Assembly (NCBI GenBank): GCA_016784545.1
Contig: JADHUM010000003.1
Span: 3,983 to 67,982, forward strand
DNA: 64,000 nucleotides
DNA from: Fidelibacterota bacterium
Lineage (GTDB): Bacteria > Fidelibacterota > UBA8477 > JABMPR01
Direction of reading: 5' to 3'
Part shown: one piece after another, positions 1 through 8,907 of the stretch
How positions within the stretch are numbered: position 1 is the stretch's first letter
Layout: every line of letters begins with the position of its first letter
The notes under the pieces: generated by a model
What the model was told of the DNA's origin: nothing
What the model saw: only the letters and a program-made list of their open reading frames with translations
Databases searched by the model: none
Made by a program: the position numbers and the translations under genes

Positions 1-737
1 TCTATGAGGATGCCGAAACTGAGCAGGGGTGGTCTTTGGGAATTCCCAGTGACAATGCCACGGCAGGTATATGGATTCGCGATGAGCCAATTGGAACCTG
101 GGATGGACTTGACCCAGTTCAGCCTGACGAGGACCACTCCCCCACAGGCTCCATATGTTTTGTAACAGGGAATGCAGCATTCGACGGTACCAATACTGGT
201 GCTGGTGATGTGGATGGTGGACGAACGACCCTTGAGAGTCCAGTTTATCCCATCCCTCCAGGTATCTCTCCAGTGATCAGCTATTGGCGTTGGTATACCA
301 ATGATCATGGTGATACACCGGGTCAGGATAACTGGGAAGTTCAAATACGTGATCAGAACAATATCTGGGTTACCCTGGAGCAAACGACGCAATCGGATAA
401 TTCATGGAGCGAATACCAGTTCCTGGCCAAACACATATTTGAACAACCTAATCAGCTTCAGCTCAGATTTATTGCTGAAGATCTTCCTGGAGGTTCCGTT
501 GTAGAAGCTGCCGTCGATGACTTGCATATATTTTATACTGGCGAAGTCAGTTTTATACCCGGTGATGTCAATTTTGATACTCAGATCAACATACAGGACT
601 TGGTTCTAATCGTCGCCCATATCCTTGGCAATTCAACCCTACAGGGCAATGCAGCCTTTGCAGCTGACTTCAATCTTGATGCCACAGTAAATATTCAAGA
701 CGTGGTCACACTAGTTTCTGCCATATTGGGAGATTAA
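1..737 (+). CDS. Secreted protein, 3' part (5'-truncated by window), beta-sandwich domain plus C-terminal type I dockerin
   Basis: Frame is open from base 3; ends in two EF-hand-like dockerin repeats GDVNFDTQINIQDLV / ADFNLDATVNIQDVV. Confidence 0.8.
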   Translation, partial: YEDAETEQGWSLGIPSDNATAGIWIRDEPIGTWDGLDPVQPDEDHSPTGSICFVTGNAAFDGTNTGAGDVDGGRTTLESPVYPIPPGISPVISYWRWYTNDHGDTPGQDNWEVQIRDQNNIWVTLEQTTQSDNSWSEYQFLAKHIFEQPNQLQLRFIAEDLPGGSVVEAAVDDLHIFYTGEVSFIPGDVNFDTQINIQDLVLIVAHILGNSTLQGNAAFAADFNLDATVNIQDVVTLVSAILGD

Positions 738-820
738 ATAGAGTCTGTCTTTAATCGCTTCTCTCACAACGAAACAAATGAAATTCTCGAAGACATATAT
801 TGCTATTTCGTAATAGTCGT

Positions 821-861
821 CCAACCTGTCTGTCGAAACCCATAGGGTGTAGACAGATTGG
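821..861. repeat. REP-like hairpin
   Basis: CCAACCTGTCT...AGACAGATTGG outer stem (10/11) with inner ACCC-ATA-GGGT. Confidence 0.5.
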
Positions 862-954
862 TAGTAAAAACTCTAATAGCAACGGTTTCAAACTACCCTT
901 ATAGACGGCACAACGCTCTCTCTATTCAGGCTGACAGAATAGATTCCTTTTGTC

Positions 955-1064
955 TGGTGAACTGATTTTAGCCTTTTAGGATTGAAAAGTGACTTTTAGA
1001 ATAGATTTTACATAAATCCGTGGCTAAAAATATCAAAATCGCCGCAGGTCTCGAGACAGCCTCT
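955..1064 (-). repeat. Dispersed MITE-like repeat, homologous to 27801-27920
   Basis: Reverse complement shares colinear blocks GGCTGTCTC, ACCTG, TTTTAGCCACGGAT, TTATG-AAAATC, AAAGGC..ATCA.TTCACCA with 27801-27920. Confidence 0.65.
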
Positions 1065-1095
1065 GTTTTCGGTCCACAAACACATCGACTTGTAA

Positions 1096-1161
1096 TTCAA
1101 TCTTGATGCCACAGTAAATATTCAGGATGTGGTAACTTTAGTGACAGCAATACTGAACTAG
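1096..1161 (+). pseudogene. Orphan duplicate of the last 21 codons plus stop of the dockerin gene (669-737)
   Basis: Encodes FNLDATVNIQDVVTLVTAILN* versus FNLDATVNIQDVVTLVSAILGD*; first 29 nt identical; preceded by an in-frame TAA. Confidence 0.85.
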
Positions 1162-1176
1162 GTTTGCGTGCTCCGG

Positions 1177-2052
1177 TTATGAATGGGAATCAAAGAGGGT
1201 AAGCTGAGGCTCTTGATCCCGTTTGAAAAACTGCATTTCCGTTGGAATCTGATGTAGCTTGCAACGTTCATAGAATAAAGTATACAGGGCGTTTGCTTTG
1301 GGTGAATTACAACCATAACTATTCCCAAAATCCTTGATGTATTTATCCTTTAGCCCTGGAAATGATTTATCAATCTGTTGGTAGAAATAATCCCGTGAAC
1401 CTTCACGGAGTGTCACTCCCATATACGGTAAGATATATTGAGCATCTGCAGTTTTTGCCAGACCCACCAGCTCCTTTATATTCTTATGAGTGTCATTCAG
1501 ATACGGTAATATGGGCATCATTGTGATGCCTGTGTATATCCCAGCTTTTCTAAGAGCCGCCATAGCCTGGAAACGGAGAGATGGCGCAGGAGCGTGAGGC
1601 TCAATAATCTTGGCAAGATCATCATCGGCTGTGGTGATCGTAAATGTAACTGCACAGTAATTCTCTTGTAGATTGAGGAGCAAATCCAGGTCGCGTAGAA
1701 CCAGATCACTTTTGGTCATGATATGGACTGGAAACCGGTAATCTGAGATCACTTCAAGTGCTTTTCGGGTATGCTCTAGCTTTCGTTCAACAGGCATATA
1801 TGGATCATTCATGGAGCCAGTGCCAATGGTTCCCTTTAACCGTTTTGTACTGAGTTCCTTCTCCAAGAGTTTAATGGCATTCTCTTTAACATAGATTTTT
1901 GAGAGTTCATCCATACCATAACAGGTAGAGCGAGAATCACAATAAATGCAGCCATGTTGACAACCGCGATAAAGATTCATGTTGTAACTCAATCCAAAGA
2001 ATGAATCATCTTTAACACGAGACAGGATAGTTTTTGACTGAATGAATTCCAT
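1177..2052 (-). CDS. Radical SAM protein, spore-photoproduct-lyase-like (SplB/Rv2578c group)
   Basis: YNMNLYRGCQHGCIYCDSRS (CxxxCxxC), GSMNDPY motif, C-terminal QLTLF. Confidence 0.85.
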   Translation of the reverse strand: MEFIQSKTILSRVKDDSFFGLSYNMNLYRGCQHGCIYCDSRSTCYGMDELSKIYVKENAIKLLEKELSTKRLKGTIGTGSMNDPYMPVERKLEHTRKALEVISDYRFPVHIMTKSDLVLRDLDLLLNLQENYCAVTFTITTADDDLAKIIEPHAPAPSLRFQAMAALRKAGIYTGITMMPILPYLNDTHKNIKELVGLAKTADAQYILPYMGVTLREGSRDYFYQQIDKSFPGLKDKYIKDFGNSYGCNSPKANALYTLFYERCKLHQIPTEMQFFKRDQEPQLTLFDSHS

Positions 2053-2199
2053 GAGTTATCCATGAATATAAATGCTCTGGATTATACCCCTATCCTAAAA
2101 AAGCTAGCGAGGATCAAACAGAGTGGAAACTACCCCACAATTTGGCAGCAAACCTAATCGTTGGTTAGATACTTTTTTTGCCTGTAATTATTTAAAACA

Positions 2200-2227
2200 T
2201 TGACCTCAAACTCTAGGGCATTATTAT
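2200..2227 (+). promoter_or_regulatory. Putative sigma70 promoter of the hyp operon
   Basis: TTGACC-N16-TATTAT about 30 nt upstream of the hypA ATG. Confidence 0.45.
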
Positions 2228-2256
2228 TGCCTTATCTTTACCAAAGTGGAGTTGTA

Positions 2257-2601
2257 ATGCACGAAATGTCCATCGCCATGAATATCATCAGTATCGCCTG
2301 CAAAGAGGCTGACAAGGATGGTGCTAGTTCCATATCTAACATCGAACTTGATGTGGGGAAATTGTCCGGGGTCATGATTGATTCGCTTAATTTCTGCTAT
2401 GAATCTGTTTGCAAGGGCACGCTGGCGGAAAACTCTACTCTATCCATCAATGAGGTACCTGCCAGGGCAAGCTGCAAAAAGTGCAATCATGTATTCGAAA
2501 TTGATTCATTTATGGCTCTCTGTCCTCAGTGTGAGAGCTATGAAATTGACATACTCCAGGGCCGCGAGTTAAAACTTAGAGCTATTAGCGTAAATGAATA
2601 G
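2257..2601 (+). CDS. hypA: Hydrogenase maturation nickel metallochaperone HypA
   Basis: MHEMSIA N-terminus (ATG 2257), two CxxC motifs (CKKC, CPQC), GREL motif. Confidence 0.95.
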   Translation: MHEMSIAMNIISIACKEADKDGASSISNIELDVGKLSGVMIDSLNFCYESVCKGTLAENSTLSINEVPARASCKKCNHVFEIDSFMALCPQCESYEIDILQGRELKLRAISVNE

Positions 2602-2623
2602 CACGGGAAAAACGACAAACAGA

Positions 2624-2718
2624 TCTCGCCAAGACCGCGAAGATGCAGGGGCTGATAGAGTGGAAGTAACCGGCTTGAAACCCTTTTCTAACTCTGCGAC
2701 TCTGCGATCTCTGCGAGA
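2624..2718. repeat. Imperfect inverted-repeat element built from CTCTGCGA units
   Basis: 2692-2718 is (CTCTGCGA)x3; its reverse complement matches 2624-2650 at 19/27 positions. Confidence 0.7.
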
Positions 2719-2755
2719 GCATAAATAAATTTAATCTGAGTGAAAGGATATAGAT

Positions 2756-3538
2756 ATGTGTGATACCTGTGGATGTGGGGCTGATAGTACAACCTTTAGA
2801 AAACATGGTGAAGACCAGCACAGTCACGGAGATGGACATCACCATACTCATGACCATCACGACCATGATCATTCTCACGATCATTCCCATGATAGAACCA
2901 TTGCTGTAGAGCAGGATATTCTTGGTGAGAATAATTTATTAGCCCAGAGGAACCGTGGCTATTTCGAAGCAAAAAATATATTCGCAATTAATATGGTGAG
3001 TTCGCCTGGATCCGGTAAAACCACTCTCCTTGAAAAAACCTTAGCTACCTTAAAAGAAGAAATTCCCAGTGCTGTGATTGAGGGTGATCAACAAACCATG
3101 AATGATGCTGATCGCATTGCAAAAACGGGGGTACCTGTCTTGCAGATTAACACTGGAAATGGCTGCCATCTCGATGCCGAAATGATCCACACAGCTTATG
3201 GTGAGTTAAAGTTGCAGGACAATTCAGCCCTCTTCATTGAAAATGTGGGCAACCTGGTCTGTCCAGCTCTTTTCGATCTGGGTGAAGACAAGCGGGTCGT
3301 GGTTATCAGTGTGACGGAGGGTGACGATAAACCCCTGAAATACCCCACCATGTTCCATGCAGCTGATATCTGTATCATAAATAAAATTGATTTACTCCCG
3401 TATGTGCAATTTGATGTAGAGAAATGCAAGGAATACGCGCGTCAAGTAAACCACCATCTTGAATTCTTTGAAGTATCAGCCACCACTGGCGAAGGTATGG
3501 ATACCTGGTATGCCTGGCTGAAGGAAAACACGAAGTAG
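2756..3538 (+). CDS. hypB: Hydrogenase nickel incorporation GTPase HypB
   Basis: MCDTCGC N-terminus, linker with 14 His, SSPGSGKTT P-loop, CHLDA, ENVGNLVCP, NKID. Confidence 0.97.
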   Translation: MCDTCGCGADSTTFRKHGEDQHSHGDGHHHTHDHHDHDHSHDHSHDRTIAVEQDILGENNLLAQRNRGYFEAKNIFAINMVSSPGSGKTTLLEKTLATLKEEIPSAVIEGDQQTMNDADRIAKTGVPVLQINTGNGCHLDAEMIHTAYGELKLQDNSALFIENVGNLVCPALFDLGEDKRVVVISVTEGDDKPLKYPTMFHAADICIINKIDLLPYVQFDVEKCKEYARQVNHHLEFFEVSATTGEGMDTWYAWLKENTK

Positions 3539-3576
3539 TCTCTGTGTATCTTGCCACGTTAGGCACAAACCCAACA

Positions 3577-3652
3577 GTCATTACGAGGAATGAAATGACG
3601 AAGCAATCTCGAAATTGAGATCGCTGTGTTCCCATTTATCTCTCGCAATGAC
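3577..3652. repeat. Palindromic REP/RPE-like element (GTCATT(A/G)CGAG...CTCGCAATGAC)
   Basis: Outer stem GTCATTACGAG/CTCGCAATGAC and inner GCAATCTC/GAGATCGC arms. Confidence 0.75.
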
Positions 3653-3680
3653 AGCATCACATTTTTATCGCAACTATTAA

Positions 3681-5954
3681 ATGCCTGAACACTTAAAACA
3701 TAAGAGACGTCGACTGACAATCAACGGAATCGTTCAGGGGGTGGGATTCCGCCCCTTTATTTATTCCCTTGCCAGAGATATCGGGCTGGTTGGCTCAGTT
3801 TACAACACCTCTGATGGTGTCAAGGTTGATATCCAGGGAAATTCACAACAACTCAGGCAATTTGAATCCCGTTTACAGCCTGAAGCACCTCCTCTTTCAA
3901 CCATTATCTCTGTAGAAATAGAAGAAATTCCTGTTCTTGATGAAGCTGACTTCAACATTGTAGCTTCCCATGACAATGCGTCGGTTTCAACACTAATATC
4001 TCCAGATGTTGCCCTGTGTGATGATTGTAAGGCCGAGCTCTTTGATGATAAGAATCGTCGATACAGATATCCCTTCATCAACTGCACCAATTGTGGCCCA
4101 CGCTATACAATTATTGAAAATATTCCCTATGATCGCCCCTTCACTTCAATGAAGCATTTTCCACTTTGCGAGGTCTGTCATGCTGAATACCAGGACCCTC
4201 AGGACCGGCGTTTTCATGCCCAGCCCAACGCTTGTCCAGATTGTGGTCCGCAAGTGTGGCTCACAGATGGAATGGGTATGCGGATTGAATCCACGGATTC
4301 TGTCTCAAAAACCATAGCACTTCTGGTCGAAGGCAAAATTTTGGCCATAAAAGGTCTTGGTGGATTTCATCTGGCAGTCGATGCCAGTAATGCTAATGCA
4401 GTAAGTCAATTGCGTCTTGCCAAAGGTCGAGATGAAAAGCCTCTGGCGCTTATGGTAAGAGATATGAATACGGCCCATGAGCTCGTAAAACTGAATCAGG
4501 ATGAAACCAATACCTTACTCTCAATTCAGGCTCCTATCGTGCTGTGTACTTCGATTTCTAATGATAAAATTTCTCCTAACGTCGCACCAGGAAATGATCG
4601 ATTGGGTATCATGCTCCCCTATACACCTCTCCATCACATGCTCCTGTCTGGGAAACTGGATTCATTGGTCATGACCTCGGCCAATTTCAGTGAAGAACCA
4701 ATCTGTATCGATAATGACGAAGCGCTTGAGCGTCTATCTGGTCTGGCAGATTATTTCCTTCTGCATAATCGGGATATCTATTTACGTAGCGATGATTCAG
4801 TTGTCATGGAAATGGCTGGCAAGCTTCGTCCCATTCGTCGTAGCAGGGGGTATGCTCCCCGACCCATTTTTATGAAGAAGAAGGGTCCATCAATTCTGGC
4901 AGTTGGTGGTGAATTGAAAAACGTGGTTGGATTGTCAAAAGATGAAAAAGTCTTTTTAAGTCAACATATTGGTGATCTGGAAAATCTTGAAGCCTTTGAG
5001 TTTTTCAAAATGACCATCGAGCACATCCAGAGAATATTTGAAATTCAACCTGAGCTTATAGTACATGATCTGCATCCTGAATATCTCTCGACAAAATGGG
5101 CAAAGGATCAAAGCTTACCCCTGTTGGGTGTTCAGCATCATCATGCTCATCTGGCTGCCTGCATGGCTGAGAATGATCTGGAAGAACCGGTAATTGGTAT
5201 CATCATGGATGGAACCGGTTACGGCATGGATGGAACCCTCTGGGGTGGTGAATTCCTCGTAGGTGATGCTTCAGGATTTGAAAGGAAAGCACATTTTGAG
5301 CCCATGCCCCTCCCGGGTGGTGAAGCTGCCATCAGATCGCCCTGGCGTATAGGGCTAAGTTACCTCCATCAAGTATTTGGTGCCGATCTACCTGACATTC
5401 CTGCACTTATGGATCGTGATATTCAACCAATCATTCAAATGCTGAATGCAAACATCAATTCTCCCATGACCAGCAGTTGTGGACGTCTCTTTGATGCAGT
5501 CGCTGCTCTTTCGGGAGGACGGCAGGAAATTCGGTATGAAGCACAGGCTGCCATCGAATTTATGCAGGCGGCTGGAAATCGTCTGGGTTCAGACTATTCT
5601 GAGTTTGATTTTCAGCTGAGTGAAGGTGGGCAAACAATTTCAATCACCAATGTAATGCATGATCTGGTTCAAAAAATTCAGGCCGGAAAAGATTTAGAAG
5701 CCATCAGTCAATGGTTTCATTATTCCCTTGTCAAAACATTTACATCAATATCGGTTGAGCTCAGCAGAGAGACTGGTATCAAACAGCTCGTGTTAAGTGG
5801 CGGCGTTTTTCAGAATACTTTATTGTTCGAAGGACTCCAGACCGAGTTGAATAAGGTAGGTTTCGATGTGTTCACCCACAGTCAGGTACCGACAAATGAT
5901 GGTGGGATCGCTTTGGGGCAGGTAATTATTGGGCAGAAGTTTTTGAGTTTTTGA
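3681..5954 (+). CDS. hypF: Carbamoyltransferase HypF
   Basis: Acylphosphatase GIVQGVGFRPF, zinc fingers CDDC/CTNC/CEVC/CPDC, QHHHAH, PTNDGGIALGQ. Confidence 0.97.
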   Translation: MPEHLKHKRRRLTINGIVQGVGFRPFIYSLARDIGLVGSVYNTSDGVKVDIQGNSQQLRQFESRLQPEAPPLSTIISVEIEEIPVLDEADFNIVASHDNASVSTLISPDVALCDDCKAELFDDKNRRYRYPFINCTNCGPRYTIIENIPYDRPFTSMKHFPLCEVCHAEYQDPQDRRFHAQPNACPDCGPQVWLTDGMGMRIESTDSVSKTIALLVEGKILAIKGLGGFHLAVDASNANAVSQLRLAKGRDEKPLALMVRDMNTAHELVKLNQDETNTLLSIQAPIVLCTSISNDKISPNVAPGNDRLGIMLPYTPLHHMLLSGKLDSLVMTSANFSEEPICIDNDEALERLSGLADYFLLHNRDIYLRSDDSVVMEMAGKLRPIRRSRGYAPRPIFMKKKGPSILAVGGELKNVVGLSKDEKVFLSQHIGDLENLEAFEFFKMTIEHIQRIFEIQPELIVHDLHPEYLSTKWAKDQSLPLLGVQHHHAHLAACMAENDLEEPVIGIIMDGTGYGMDGTLWGGEFLVGDASGFERKAHFEPMPLPGGEAAIRSPWRIGLSYLHQVFGADLPDIPALMDRDIQPIIQMLNANINSPMTSSCGRLFDAVAALSGGRQEIRYEAQAAIEFMQAAGNRLGSDYSEFDFQLSEGGQTISITNVMHDLVQKIQAGKDLEAISQWFHYSLVKTFTSISVELSRETGIKQLVLSGGVFQNTLLFEGLQTELNKVGFDVFTHSQVPTNDGGIALGQVIIGQKFLSF

Positions 5955-5989
5955 GTTTTTGAGTTTTTGAGTTTTTGAGTTTTTGAGTT
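5938..5989 (+). repeat. Octamer tandem repeat (AGTTTTTG)x6 overlapping the hypF stop
   Basis: Read directly: six perfect copies at 5938-5985 plus AGTT. Confidence 0.95.
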
Positions 5990-6026
5990 AAAATGTCCTG
6001 AACCCACCCAAAGTACAGGAGATAAT

Positions 6027-6395
6027 ATGAGTAAACTCAATAAATTTGAGGATATTTTGGCATGGAAAAAGGCACGGATACTTGTATCAAAATTATATAC
6101 TGTTTCAAATTCGGGTCATTTTAGGAGAGATTTTTCCATGAAAGATCAAACACGTCGGTGTGGAGTATCCATTATGGGGAATGTTGCTGAAGGATTCGGT
6201 CGGAGGTCCAAGAAGGAATTTGCTGACTTCTTGAATATTGCCCATGGGTCGGCCGCGGAACTTCAATCTCATTTATATATTGCCCTTGATTTGGGCTATA
6301 TTGAACCAGAAATTTTTAATGAACTTTATCTGGAATGTGAAGAAATATCAAAAATGATATTAGGCTTCCAAAACTATTTGAGAAAAAACATTTAG
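6027..6395 (+). CDS. Four-helix-bundle protein (23S rRNA IVP / bAvd-like family)
   Basis: FEDILAWKKA, DQTRRCGVSIMGNVAEGFGR, FLNIAHGSAAELQSHLYIALDLGY signature; AGGAGA RBS. Confidence 0.92.
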   Translation: MSKLNKFEDILAWKKARILVSKLYTVSNSGHFRRDFSMKDQTRRCGVSIMGNVAEGFGRRSKKEFADFLNIAHGSAAELQSHLYIALDLGYIEPEIFNELYLECEEISKMILGFQNYLRKNI

Positions 6396-6425
6396 ATGGT
6401 ATGACCAACTCCCTTGCCCTTCCAG

Positions 6426-6442
6426 ATAACTCAATTAACTCA
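6426..6442 (-). repeat. Short inverted counterpart of the GAGTT octamer array
   Basis: ATAACTCA-ATTAACTCA, i.e. (TGAGTTA)x2 on the minus strand. Confidence 0.55.
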
Positions 6443-6453
6443 GGAACCCTCAT

Positions 6454-6726
6454 ATGTGCCTAGCAATCCCCGGAAAACTACTTGAAATCTTTGACGAAAA
6501 TGGTCTTAAAATGGGCAATATTGATTTTGCAGGATCGGTGAGTAAGGCCTGTCTGGAGTACGTCCCTGAAATTGAAATAGGCCAGTATACCATCGTCCAT
6601 GCTGGATTTGCTCTTTCTGTACTCAATGAGGAGGAGGCTAAAAACTCATTTGATGCCTGGGATGATTTGATTGATCGTGCCAACGCTGAAGGAATTGAAA
6701 TGGAAAAGCTGGAGCGTCCAGATTGA
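6454..6726 (+). CDS. hypC: Hydrogenase chaperone HypC
   Basis: MCLAIPG N-terminus, IVHAGFA motif. Confidence 0.96.
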   Translation: MCLAIPGKLLEIFDENGLKMGNIDFAGSVSKACLEYVPEIEIGQYTIVHAGFALSVLNEEEAKNSFDAWDDLIDRANAEGIEMEKLERPD

Positions 6727-7817
6727 AGTATCTTGACGAATTCCGCGATCCCGTTGTAGCCAAAAAGATACTCAAGGAGATTCATGCTGTTACCACCCAA
6801 CCCTGGGTGATCATGGAGATCTGTGGTGGTCAAACCCACTCAATCATCCGCAACGGAATTGATCAAGTTCTCCCCAAAGAGATTGAGCTCGTCCATGGAC
6901 CTGGTTGTCCCGTGTGTGTCACGCCTCTTGAGATTATTGATAGAGCCATTGAAATAGCAGGTAGGCCTGATGTAATATTTACCAGTTTTGGCGATATGCT
7001 TCGCGTTCCAGGCAGCCATAAAGATCTGTTTATGGTGAGATCTGAAGGTGGTGATGTTCGCACCGTGTTTTCCCCCCTGGAAAGCTTGAAAATCGCCCGC
7101 GAAAATCCAGATAAGGAGGTTGTTTTCTTTGCTGTTGGTTTTGAAACGACTGCCCCTGGCAACGCCATGGCTGTGGCACAAGCCGCCAAGGAAGGTTTGA
7201 CTAATTTCAGTGAACTGGTAAGCCATGTTCTGGTTCCACCCGCCATGGAAGCGCTGCTCTCCTCCCCCTTAAATCGGGTTCAAGGATATCTAGCGGCGGG
7301 ACATGTCTGCACTGTGATGGGTTGGGATGAATATGATCCTATTGCCAAAAAATATGAGGTACCCATCGTCATTACCGGCTTTGAGCCCATGGATGTGCTG
7401 GATGGCATTCTGCATACAGTCAAGCAACTTGAAGCAGGTACTCATATGGTTGAGAACAGGTATGCCCGCATTGTGGAGCAGGGTGGAAATCAACCCGCTC
7501 AAGCCCTGATAAAGGACGTATTTGAAATTGCCAATCGTAAATGGCGTGGTATCGGCGAAATTCCAGCCAGCGGGTTCAAAATTCGAGAAAAATATGCTGC
7601 TTTTGATGCAGAGCTGAAATTCTCAGTTGGTGATATTCATACAGAGGAACCAGAAGCCTGTATCAGCGGGGTTATCCTTCAGGGTTTGAAGAAACCTCAC
7701 GATTGCCCAGCCTTTGGGAAGGAATGCACACCTCAGAACCCTCTGGGTGCCACCATGGTTTCCAGTGAAGGTGCATGTGCGGCCTACTATAAATATCAAC
7801 GCATTCTGAGTAACTAA
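6723..7817 (+). CDS. hypD: Hydrogenase formation protein HypD
   Basis: [37 protein letters not shown] start overlapping the hypC stop. Confidence 0.97.
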   Translation: MKYLDEFRDPVVAKKILKEIHAVTTQPWVIMEICGGQTHSIIRNGIDQVLPKEIELVHGPGCPVCVTPLEIIDRAIEIAGRPDVIFTSFGDMLRVPGSHKDLFMVRSEGGDVRTVFSPLESLKIARENPDKEVVFFAVGFETTAPGNAMAVAQAAKEGLTNFSELVSHVLVPPAMEALLSSPLNRVQGYLAAGHVCTVMGWDEYDPIAKKYEVPIVITGFEPMDVLDGILHTVKQLEAGTHMVENRYARIVEQGGNQPAQALIKDVFEIANRKWRGIGEIPASGFKIREKYAAFDAELKFSVGDIHTEEPEACISGVILQGLKKPHDCPAFGKECTPQNPLGATMVSSEGACAAYYKYQRILSN

Positions 7818-7832
7818 TAATCTCTGAAAGAA

Positions 7833-8894
7833 GTGAGTCAAACTATGGATTTTCCTGAAGCCTTATCCTGTCCTGTTCCCATCCTCAGTCATGACACAGT
7901 TCAACTGGCCCATGGTGCTGGAGGAAAACTCTCCAATGAGATGATTGACAAAATCTTCCTGCCCCGCTTCACCAACAGCACTTTAGATAAAATGGAAGAT
8001 CAGGCAGTCCTTGAGAATCCAGGTGGACGGATTGCTTTTAGTACCGATACTTTTGTGGTTGATCCCATCTTTTTTCCCGGAGGAGATATAGGTGATCTGG
8101 CCATTAACGGCACCGTGAATGACATCGCCATGAGTGGTGCCATTCCCAGATACCTGAGTGTCGGCTTTATTCTGGAAGAGGGACTTCCCTTTGAAACGCT
8201 ACACCGAATTGTCCTTTCCATGGAGAAGGCAGCTAAACTTGCTGGTGTCCAAATTGTTGCCGGTGATACCAAGGTTGTAAACCGGGGCAGTTGCGATAAA
8301 CTGTTTATCAATACCAGCGGATTCGGCTTTGTACCTGATGATGTCAATATTTCAGCTTCAAATCTTGAAGTTGGGGATAAAATCATCTTGTCGGGGACGC
8401 TGGCAGATCATGGAATGGCTGTCATGACCACTCGTGAGGGATTATCCTTTCAGTCAACTGTGGAAAGTGATACAGCCGGATTAAATCATCTTGTCCAGGA
8501 TATGCTCGCTGTAAGCACCAATATTCATGCTTTGAGGGATCCAACGCGTGGTGGTCTGGCCACAACGCTTAATGAATTTGCTGCATCTTCTACTGTAGGA
8601 ATTCAACTCTATGGGGATACCATTCCTGTAAAAGAGAATGTCCGCGGTGCCTGTGAGATATTGGGAATTGATCCACTTTACGTAGCCAACGAAGGTAAGT
8701 TGGTAGCCATTGTGCCGCCAGATGTCGCAGATGAAATGCTGAATGCTATGCATGGCAATGAACACGGAAAGTCAGCAACTATTATTGGTGAAGTTACAGA
8801 CAAGCATCCTGGAATAGTGGCTATACAGACAGGATTAGGAGCCAATCGAATTGTGGATATGCCCGTAGGAGAACAGCTTCCGCGTATCTGCTAG
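7833..8894 (+). CDS. hypE: Carbamoyl dehydratase HypE
   Basis: LAHGAGG, GTVNDIAMSGA, RDPTRGG, C-terminal PRIC. Confidence 0.97.
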   Translation: MSQTMDFPEALSCPVPILSHDTVQLAHGAGGKLSNEMIDKIFLPRFTNSTLDKMEDQAVLENPGGRIAFSTDTFVVDPIFFPGGDIGDLAINGTVNDIAMSGAIPRYLSVGFILEEGLPFETLHRIVLSMEKAAKLAGVQIVAGDTKVVNRGSCDKLFINTSGFGFVPDDVNISASNLEVGDKIILSGTLADHGMAVMTTREGLSFQSTVESDTAGLNHLVQDMLAVSTNIHALRDPTRGGLATTLNEFAASSTVGIQLYGDTIPVKENVRGACEILGIDPLYVANEGKLVAIVPPDVADEMLNAMHGNEHGKSATIIGEVTDKHPGIVAIQTGLGANRIVDMPVGEQLPRIC

Positions 8895-8907
8895 CTAAAA
8901 GCGCATA

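Noticed and set aside
669..1161. Diversity-generating retroelement VR/TR pair
   Set aside because: Differences are not confined to adenines in either copy and are mostly synonymous third-position changes; no reverse transcriptase is in the window.
5938..5989. Phase variation of HypF by octamer slippage
   Set aside because: The stop codon falls at the junction of the second and third units, so copy-number change further along the array would not alter the protein, only the intergenic spacing.
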